64,000 nucleotides of DNA from the NCBI GenBank assembly GCA_030704615.1, contig CM060731.1, positions 5,394,001-5,458,000 of the forward strand, written 5' to 3'. This stretch comes from Takakia lepidozioides (taxonomy: Eukaryota > Plantae > Bryophyta). Under the pieces are notes generated by a model. That model was given only the letters and a program-made list of their open reading frames with translations. It was not told the DNA's origin and made no database searches. Both the position numbers and the translations under genes were made by a program. Positions 53,833 to 64,000 of the stretch are shown here, piece by piece (the first letter of the stretch is position 1; each line of letters begins with the position of its first letter).

Positions 53833-55145
53833 GTAAATGACAATTTTAAGTACCTTAGTTCGGTGTCATTGTTTTTACTGAAACATTTTCTAACATGCAC
53901 AAGTGGATTGAATGACAGAAAAACATTACTTGACATGCATTCGAAAGCCATTCGAAACACTCTTTTAGGGCCATGTGCCTTTTGGTATAAATAGAGCTCT
54001 TGTACTAATTGCTGAATAATGATTCTCTGATTGTCAATTTTATTGGCTCCTCTTTATTCTAAAGTGGAGACTACGCATTAGTGTCAAATATGGCTAGCCC
54101 CTGTTGTGCCTTCCCCAGGTGTCACCTCCTCTTTTTTTTCTTTTTTTTCCTGAAAACTACTTCATGACCTCGAGGTAACACCTCCCTCAGGTACCATCTC
54201 TCTTCTTGAAGAGTTTATGAAGAATAAATGGATGAAATTTCAAGTTTATTGCAGATGAAAATAGGTTTCATTATTCACAAAGAGGAGCCATACACAACTA
54301 GCCGCTTGTTATATATGTTTCTGATAAAAATAAAGTAAATGTTGAATTTTTTTGGAAAACTTGAATCCGACATTGTTGGCTGGAATAGTACAAAGCTCAT
54401 AGTACTAGTATTTTAGAATGTTGCGATGAGTAATATGCTGGTAAGGCAATAACATCAATAACTTTGAGGTGTAGGGTCAATTCTTAATGGACGCTGGTGT
54501 CACCCCTGTCCGTGTCACCCACTTCTGTGTCACTCCAATCTATGTCACTCTTGAGAGTGGGTGGGGAAGATTTGATGTACCGTGTTATTAGAGATCGCAT
54601 GCTTGCACTAATTTGTTACGTTATTCACTCTGGACAGTTTCCTTCCAAACACTACAAATAAATGTATATTACCCGCAATCTCAAGTATTTTCCCAGCGTT
54701 CTGTAGATCTCAGTGACCTACAAAACAAATACTTTGAATGCATTTCTTAGGTGCTCTCAAATATGACATTCTAGCGTTATTTTACCTGAGTTTTCATCTA
54801 AAACATACCATTGATCAGAAGCTAATTGTGTTTTTCCCCCTCCTCAAGGGCCTGAATTGTGAGCAGTCGCTCCTTTAAAAAATAAAAATAAAAAAATTGT
54901 GTTTTTCTGTTATGTAGCAAACTATAGAATATATATAAAATAGGGGACTGTAGAGATCACGGTGGCCGAGCTGCAGCCTTGGACTAGTTTTTCTGGTCGG
55001 GTGTAAGTTAGATCGTTTGTGTCTGTCTGTTTGTCTGTGTGAAATTGGATTGATTTGTGTCCAGGAAGAAGAATTCAGGGGAGGGGAGGGGGAAATTTGG
55101 AAGTTGTATTGGAGGAGGTGATGAGCCTGCAAATTTCAAACTCAA

Positions 55146-58100
55146 ATGCTCATCCGCACACAAGTGCATCGTCATCTGCGGCCATATCTCAGGCAGCGGA
55201 GCTGCATTGTACTCCCTCATTATATTTTGAAGGGCCCTTGTCCCGTTCATGTCCACCTTGGCCTGTGTTCATCTGACAGAAAATTCAATCACGTTGATCA
55301 AACCGTCGGGTTTAGGGTTCCCAAACATGGAATTTCTTCATCATCTTTCCATTTCTGGGCTTCAAAGCAAGTGCCGCGACCGTCGTCTGAGCATCAGAAG
55401 ATTTCCCTGGTAGACGGATTTACATTCTCGAGAAGCTGGCCGTATTTGTACAGGGACACTGCGCATGGGGTGTTGCGTCAAGGCAACGACCTTTCGTCGT
55501 CCCTGGAGAAAAAGAAAGGGTTCGATCTCCACAGCAGACAGCGAGTGTACTATTCAGCAGGGGCAGGGGCAGCGACCTTGCTTATGTTCATCGCTGCATC
55601 GGCTGCAATCTCTATGTCCGCTGCTGAAATGCATGGAATTGCGCTCTCGGGATTCTTGGCCCTCTACGATTCTGCAGTGGAATTTGCAAGGAAACTGGCT
55701 GGGATAATGTGGAGCTTCGAGGGGGCAATGGTGGAATCCATTGTAGATTTTGTGGAAGCAGGTGCGGCCGCGTGGGTGCTGGTTCGTTGCCTGGCTTCAG
55801 TGCTTGCATCAGCTAGTGACAGTGCGACACTTGATGCGTTCGCCTTGTGGCGACCGAGGGTAGCATCTCTACTGGCAGGTGTGGACGATGAAATGTCACT
55901 TAGAGCTCTTGGTCAGTAGGTAGCAGCATATAGTAGTCAACTGTGGCTGGAGATCTGGCTGGAGATCTGTCAATTAGGTTACTGCCTCTGTCAGGAGGCT
56001 TGGAAGTGATACCATCCCGCGTCTTGGCGCTGCTGATTTGCTTACATTTATAGCTTATCCATCCCTTGGCATGATAGAGGGGGCATAACTGTGTCGATTT
56101 CTTCCCCCACAGACTTCAGACCTGTAGGAACTCAATCTGGCAATGCCCAAACCATGACTGGATGGACCACAGAACTAACCTGTAAAGGTCGAGTGCATGT
56201 CCAAACACCTTCAGATGTACATTTCAATTTCAATGTTGCAGTCCTTCAATTCTGATTGCTCATTGAGGGTAGACTTACTCCAATTAACTGTCTAACGATT
56301 AAAGAGAAGCTATGGTGGCGCAGATCTTGCAGCACATGAGAACCGGAGAAAAGCTGTGGTGGAGTCAGGGAATGGCGCAGTGGTGGACTGGCTGTTGAAG
56401 GCTGTTGGAGGAGGCAGGTATGGTTTGCATGTAGTGCACGCCAACTCATAAAAAATGTATGTTTCCACCACTACTCATGGGATATTGTCTTGTTGACAGG
56501 CCATGTAAAAGGAAATCTCTTTCAGCTATGTGGGAAGGCCTTGCCTTCTAGTGGTAGCAATCTTGGCAGGCCATAATAGATGTTTTAATTTCATGGCAGG
56601 CCGGCGTGCATGGTGACCCAGGCAGAGGCATCAAGGGCTCTTGCTCACCTTCTGTCAGACGTAAACACATGTGAGAGTGTGTTAGGCAGGCCGCATGCTT
56701 TGCCCTACTTGCTACACTTTGCGGCTTCCCTGCAACCTCGTGATGCCATTGAGGTTTGTGACAATATGCACCATGTTCGTTTGTTGTATGGTAACAAGTC
56801 TTTGTTAGGTACTGACTTGGATTCCTACAGGCCCTCTCTGCCCCATGGGCAGCCCACTGAGCCTCCCTTGGAGGTAATGGAATTCTTCTCTCCATTGATG
56901 CAAACACCTCTGGGGATCTGATCTCGATAAGAAGCTTTCCAGATGAGATAAATTTTACCTGTTTGGTGTGTTGCTTTTATGCACAGTGAGATTAGTAGCA
57001 GGAGTAAGTGTTGTCACATGGTACATTTGCTTATGAGAACTTCATGAAGGGACTTTAGCTTTGCATAGTGCAAAGAATATACATGCATTAAATTGTCATG
57101 TAAATTTGGAAGTGCTGGAGGCTGTCTGATGTGCATCTGTATTTGTCACACGGAGCTGAATTCTTATTGTGTGGTAAATTTGGATGAGTAGTGGAGAATC
57201 TATAGGGTGATTACTCTTAATATTTTCACTATCAATAAATTTGGCTGCAGAGCTTGAAGCCAGGGAAGAAAGAGCACGTGACACAAGAAGGGGGAGAAGT
57301 TCCAAGAGGAAAGAGTCTTCTTGTTGCAGCTATAATGGACCTGATCACCTCGAGCTGTGATTCTGGGGATGCCTTTGCAGGATTTCGTCCCATGCTTCCA
57401 GGTTTATACACTCACTCCACACATCCTTGAAATACTAGATTCCCAGTTTCTTTTGTCAAGTTATTTCTATGTTCCATCCCCTGTCCCTATCTTTTGTGTA
57501 TCGCCACAGGGCTAGCTGTGTATTGTACATGATTCATACCTGCATCCGGGACACAAATACACATCTCTCCTAATCAGGTGTTGTTGTGATTGGGTTAAAT
57601 TCTACAGGGAAAGCGGACCCAGCAGATGTTGTGACAGCTTTGCAAGTGGTGGGGGGTGGCTGGCTCACAGAGGACGAGGGAAATTCTAAGGGAAAAGATG
57701 GAAAGGATAGAGGGGCGGTTTCTGTACCTGGAACATTAGTGCATCCAGGCACAGACGTTGTTGGCATCCAGAGAATGGAAGAGTTCTTTTCACAGGTTGC
57801 CATAGCTGAGTGGTGCAAAAAATCTGCACTTTTTATCATGGATTTTTGGGCCTTGAAAAGTCCATTAGGACGCAACTTGGGGGGCAGAGAGACCTCAGGT
57901 CCTGTTGGGACTGTGAAGTCTCTGAGGGTAGAAGGCACAGAGGATGCCAGAGGGATTATTAAGAAGAGGTCTAGTGGAAGCTCTGGTAGCAGCTATGGTC
58001 TGTGGGATGACCTTCCAGGTCTATATGTTGCAGTGCCATTGGCAGCTTGGGCACTTGCCACATGGGCACAGGCCTCAAGTGCAAACCGGTCAACAATAGC

Positions 58101-61100
58101 CCACATTGATAAGGATGGTGATGCCTTACTAGCTGCTGTTCTGGCACCTGAGCGAACAGTGAGGTGGCATGGGGCAAAGGCTATAATGTTTCTCCTACAG
58201 AATGTGGACCAGGGTTTTAGTGACGTTGCAGCTCGGTGGAGCTCCGCCCTACTGGCTATGGCAGCTCAGGCTGGCAGCACCAAAGACTCGCCACTGACAA
58301 ACTCAGCTCTCACTGCCCTCAGGGCCTGTGTGTCACACAGTCAGGGTTTGTGCGGCTTCCACCATGACCCCTTCTTCAAACATAAAATGTGAACCTACAT
58401 CTCACCCATGAATATGCTGATATTTTTATCGAATACCCTGCATAACAGTCACCAGGGTGTATAAAGCCTCCATTAGGAAGGGATTACTGACACGAATGTA
58501 GTCTTGACCTGACTCAATCACTTCTGCTGCCCAGCAGGTGCCCATGATCTGGTAACAGAGAAAGGCCTTCCAGTGCTGCGTAAGCTTGCCAAGCAGACAG
58601 AGATGGATGCCCGTGTCCAAGGTGCACTTGCACAAACTGTTGATTTGTTTACCGCTACCGGAGGAGACCTCTCATTGGATGAGAGCAAGAAATGGTCGCC
58701 AATTCTTCTCCGTTGGGTTTGTAGCCAAAAGTCAGAATATGTGACAAGAGATTGTGGGTGCCACATACTGATGCGAGTTGTAAATAGTTTGGGACAAGGG
58801 GGCATTCCAATCTCACAAGCGTGGCTCGCCATGCTCCTTATGGACATTGTTAGTGATAACATTAAGATAAAGCCCATCAAACTGAAGGGGGCTTCAACTG
58901 ATGTCAAGGAAGCTAAAGAGAGAGGCATGGTCCAGGTACGATGTTTATTTGGTTACCCCAACGCATTTCTTTTGGGTAGGATGCAGAATGGGCTGCTAGG
59001 GACTAGTCTCTTTTCAACCCACTTCCATTGAAGGTAGCCGAAAGCCTGGTCTTAGGTTGCAATGAGGTTCACCTATAAACAGATTGAAATTCAGCAATGG
59101 GGCAAAGGGGACAAGCAGACCAAAAAGGGGGAGCGGGTAATAAGAGGGATGAAAACCATATGATATGGAGGTAGATTGCACATTTTTGCAGAGTGAACGA
59201 ATTCAGGTGGCAACTGCAGCCGCTTCCCAGCTGGCAAAAGTTGTAGCCCAAGAAGCCGCAGCTGCAGCAGCAGCGACTGAACCGACAGAACAAGCTGTTG
59301 CGGAGAGTGCTGCTGAGTTGCCCATGGTGGATTTGCTAGGCTTTGATTTTCCTGGAGATTCGTCATCCAAGTCTGGTAATAAGGAGCCCCTGCCAAAAGT
59401 TACAGCTGGGGAGGCTGCCTTGGCTACCTTGAAGGCTGTCAAAGCTTTGACAGAATTGACAGCTGAGGAACCGGTGAGCTCATCTTATCATCACCAGTGT
59501 TTGTTCCAGTTGACTTTATCAGTGTTTTGGAATAACTATTCAGTACCATTTTGGCATGTGAATTCCAGACATTTTCTTACATCAGTAAGTATGTTATCTT
59601 ATTTTGGATATTTCAAACAGGTGGGTAGGCAACGAATCATAGATGCTGGTGGGCTCTATTTGCTACGGCGCCTCCTGCTCTGTGATGATTTTGGTGAGTG
59701 GGCAGCTGCTGAAGCGAGTGAGGATGCGAAGAAAAACTCCGGAGTCCAGCCAGGTAATGAAGGACTAGAAAAACAAGTGCTACCAGGAAGGCCCAAGGAT
59801 TTGTCCGACTCCAAAGGGCCCCCTATTGCCCATATTCAGAAGCATGCTGCCCGGTTGCTCTCCATTCTCTCATTGCAACCCTTGGCTTCATTGGAAATAG
59901 CAGACGACCCAGTATGGTGTGACTGGCTGGAGGCATGTGCTGAAGGTCAGTTCAGCAATGACTTAAAAATGCGCAGTTACGCCTGTGTTATACTGCTACA
60001 TGTGGCTCGAGCAAAGGAAATGGCAGCATCAGGGGTTGGATTGCAAGGGCCAGGGAGAGAGTCAGAATATGGTTCACTTGAGGGGGTTGAGATTTGGCCA
60101 CGTTATGAAGATACAGTCTTTCTGATGAACCCTGAGGCTCCCTATTGGAAGGTACAATTCGGTAGGAGAAGTATTGGAACCGCAAACAACAAAGGAGTCT
60201 TTGTGGTGGGAAAAGCAGAGGACCTGTCTGTGGGGTTTCCACGTAGTACACAGTCTGCAGGGATGGTGCGTAGTTATTTACGATGGTAGTAACAGAATTA
60301 ACAAACGTATACTGTTTCGTGTGTGTGTATGAAGGCTAGTTTAGCTAATAAGTAGCCAACTGACAGTACATTATGCACTTGGTGGAAGCTTTCAAGCGAT
60401 AGCCCAGTGCCTAGGGCATGTGGTGGTCATATTTAGGCAGCCCTGTGTTTCGAATCCAGAGAGTTTGTGCTACGTATTCAACCCAGCTGCAAGGGATTCA
60501 TTGGGTCAACTCGGTGACCTACCGACTGGATTTGTGGACGATTGAATCTTTGGTGACAAGTGATGTGGAAATACTGCATGCAGGAAGTGAACCGCTGGGA
60601 AACAGGATTACAATGTTGAAGGTGCAATGAGTTTTGGTTTATGGACCTGCATTTAGCATGATATGTTGCACAGATGCAAGCATGTAACACCTCTAGGATC
60701 ATCTCAACCTAAGAGAAGTTGACAATAGTGTGAAAGTTTCTGCAGCCTGCTGACCTCTCATAACTTATAACTAAGACAATGTTTTTGGTGAAACGGGGAA
60801 GATTATAGCTGTGTCTAGTCTGAGGGAAAGCTCGCAAAATCTTAATTGCTGAAGTACTGGAGTGTTATGATAAGCAATTTACAGCGGTATGCAGGAGGAG
60901 GACGACACACCAGTGATGGATGTGGTGTTTGTGCATGGCTTGAGGGGCGGCCCATACAGAACATGGCGTATAGCTGAGGAAAAAGCTTCAATAACTGGTA
61001 CTCTGGTCGTGAATATTGATGTGGATGCTGGAAAGGTGGGGACATGTTGGCCAGAAGAGTGGCTTAGTGCCGACCTTCCTCGCAGCCGCTTTCTTACGGT

Positions 61101-63845
61101 TAAATACAAGGTAAGTACTCATATCTCTGTGCCCTGTCATTCTTTGGAGTTCGCTGTCATGATGTTTTAGAAAGCAACTTTTGACTGAGTATATATTTGA
61201 CCATCACTTACAGCAGCAGCATCCTCATTTCCATGCTTGAAGTCTAGCATACAAGGAGTTCGTTGGCCCTCTTTGTTACACCATTGTTGATCAGTGCGAG
61301 AAAACAATACTAGGCATGGGGCAATACATGGGCCATTTTTATGCCACTTGCCTTCCTTTCAGCTGGAGTAGGCATAGCTCCTGTTTTTATATACTGACTT
61401 CCATCTATCTGACTGCCCTGCAGACGAATTTGTCACAATGGTCAGGTGCCACCCTTCCACTTCAGGTACTTCACCTGCAGTGATTTGTTGGCACAAGTTA
61501 GATTTTGGAGGTTTGTGTAATTGAGATATGTGACATCCAACTGGCCCTCAACATTTGAGCGCCCACTCATTGGTTCTTGCATACAATTGTCAGGATCTCC
61601 TGTCATCACCTCAAAGGGCTGGAAAGGCAATTATCTGTAATGTATTAACTGCCGAAACTCCACTATTTCAGCTCTTCAGTTACATCTGGTGTCCTATCCC
61701 TGCCATTTTGAGATAGAAGGGAAGGCAATGAAAAATCAGTCTGAATTCAACAGAAAGGGTGTTGGCTGCATACAGGAGGTCAGCTCTATGCTGCTCGATA
61801 AGTTACTTGCTGCAGGTGTTGGAGAGCGTCCGGTCTGCTTTGTCACTCACAGGTCAGCCTGTCTCTCTCAGCTGGAATGATTAACAGAGTCTGGATGTCC
61901 CGGAAGTGTCCATGGCCTCTTAAGATGGGAAGTTATACTATGCTTCATATTCAAATCTTGTAGAAGGTTTGGTACAAAAGCAGAACGGGCCATTAAATGT
62001 CTTGAATCTTCTGTTCAAAGTGACCATTTAAGGATTTTTCCTCCTCACTTCACCCATATTCAACAAGTACAATGTCTCTAGTCAATATCAGCATCCATCT
62101 CCACTCATGGAGACACACATTCAACTTTGCAAGTATGATAACCAACAGGAGTGACTCTTGGGAGCATGGGCGGGTGTTGCAGCATGGGAGGGCTAGTTGT
62201 GAAGCAAATTCTGCTGCAAGCAGGTCAAGATGAAAAGCGGGCCCATCTTGTGAATCAAACATCTGGCATTGTATGACTTCAGTTCTTATTTGTCTTTTGG
62301 AGATAAGTTGGATGATACTTGCAGTCCCCTATTTGTAGAAGAGAGACTTCACACCCATTGCAATGCTATGGTACATAGGACATGTCTCGTGTTTACCATT
62401 GTAAAAATAGGTATGGATCTGGTTGTTTGCTAGCCTTCTTTGGTTGCATGCTGGAGTGAGTGCAGGTACAAGAGGGTACTGGTGGGTCCCAGGCTGAAAT
62501 GATTTGGACAAATGTTCAAGGCTAGTCTGCAAGCTGCAGGTCAGGTTTTAGTGTTTAATGTTTCTGAATCAATGTACTACCAGTGGTCTAAAGGTTCGAT
62601 ATAACAGTGCATATGTTGTCTGCAATTTCCTTTTTTACAGGTATTTTATAGCTGCCCACATTTTGGAAGCAAGCTTGCAGACGTGCCTTGGGGCTTTGGC
62701 TATGTACTGCGACCTGCCCCCACAGTCAGCTCTTTCCCTGAACCTCCCTTCCTCTCTTGCCCCTTCTCTTTGTCAGTTAAGCTCGCTTCTGGTGCAGCTG
62801 ATGGATGACTATGCTCACAAATACACAAATGTGTGAAGGCCCACTTCACAAGAAAATCATTCTTCAAAGCATACATAGTGAGAAATGATTTTTGAAAACT
62901 TTGTAGTCTCGGTGTGGTGCAGGTAGGGGAGTTAAGGAGTGGGTCCCCCATGCTGGAAGAGCTGAACCGCACTATTCGCCTGCTTCACAACAAAGGCCAC
63001 CTGGATGTTCTCAGCTTCAGTGAGGTTTGTGGACCTCAAACAATTTGGTTTAATACTAGCCACATCCAGGATTGATTGCACTTCCTGGGTGGGTAAGACA
63101 GGGCACAGGATGAGGGTTGGTCGCTGAAAGTTTATGCAGAGGGGGTTTGGCAATTAGTTCTGGCCCCAAATTATCTGGCAAATTTGCAGCCAGTGGAATC
63201 ATAGTTGCTGCAGTGCTTAGGAGAAGACCTGGGACCATAATTGGACCTATGTGGCATGTCAATTCTCCAAGTCTGACAATTGCTTTGTGATGACTGCAGA
63301 CAAAAGTAACTCCCGTAGTTGAGGGCTATGGCGGGTATGCATTACGAATGGAAGTGGTGCCCATTGAGTCTGCCTATCCAGGCTTTGGTGATCTTGTGGT
63401 AATTACCTCCTTTCCCTGCTTAGCATAATCATGGCATGGTTTGTTCCTAGCTCTGCCCGTAGCTATTGTCTTTGCAAATATGGGATTTATGCAAGGTAAG
63501 TGTGGGGAGCCTTGTAGATTGTAACTGTGCTAGTTGCTTTGCTGCCGTTGGTTTGATTTTCCCTGGATTCGCAAAGAAGATGAACACACCAGAAAAACAT
63601 GCAATTTTTCGAATGTAAATAAACCACTAGGATGTCCATGATTAGAATCATCATATAGGATCTATTGGCTGGATATACTAATCCTGATATGAGTGGGTAT
63701 GTGTTGACAGCTTCTGGATGGTACAGACCACATTAATTCATGTAAACCTTTAAACCGATCTGACCCCGCATACACAAAGACACTCGACTTTCTACAGAAA
63801 CGCGCTGAGCTGGCTGTTAAAACCAGACCTAAGGCACATCAGTGA
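55146..63845 (+). CDS. SERAC1: SERAC1-like protein (ARM-like N-terminal region plus C-terminal alpha/beta-hydrolase), ~16 exons
   Basis: GT-AG exons approx. 55146-55878, 56333-56417, 56600-56752, 57251-57401, 57608-58345, 58538-58935, 59192-59473, 59621-60264, ~60893-61110, 61424-61465, 61775-61852, 62182-62270, 62641-62724, 62922-63024, 63300-63398, 63711-63845. Motifs DVVFVHGLRGGPYRTW, WPEEWL, FVTHSMGGLVVKQIL, FYSCPHFGSKLA and TDHINSCKP. The start codon is uncertain. Confidence 0.88.
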
Positions 63846-64000
63846 CTGCGTGCGTCACCAAGCTTGGCCACTCCTTCAGCGCCTGTTTACATTCAATGGG
63901 GTAGTTTCACATAGCATACATTTATTTGAGCAATTCCTCAGTGGATTGGCTGGCTGGAAAGACTTCTCCCTGCCCCAGGGCCGTGTGTCTATCTGGTAGG

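Overview
Eukaryotic, intron-rich, TE-dense plant DNA; an early-diverging land plant such as a bryophyte is inferred from the gene and TE families. Two host genes look intact: a 10-exon serine carboxypeptidase-like gene (minus strand, 24448-28483) and a multi-exon SERAC1-like ARM plus alpha/beta-hydrolase gene (plus strand, ~55146-63845). Nearly everything else is nested, decayed transposons. The main signal is two divergent copies of a Ty3/gypsy LTR retrotransposon (~12479-17519 minus; ~34470-50153 plus). Their polyprotein carries a DNMT3-like C5 cytosine methyltransferase upstream of RT (between protease and RT in the plus copy) and a PHD finger after the integrase, i.e. a chromatin writer and a reader in one retroelement. 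The plus copy is split in RNase H by a 9.0-kb DNA transposon with perfect 16-bp TIRs, an exact 8-bp TSD and a P-element-like transposase. Also present: an APE-type LINE with a 2A-like motif, a chromovirus whose 5' LTR faces an inverted twin, a hairpin-repeat array, a foldback element just downstream of the SCPL stop, a hAT-type MITE, a phased GGATGAA array and a UPF1-like helicase remnant.
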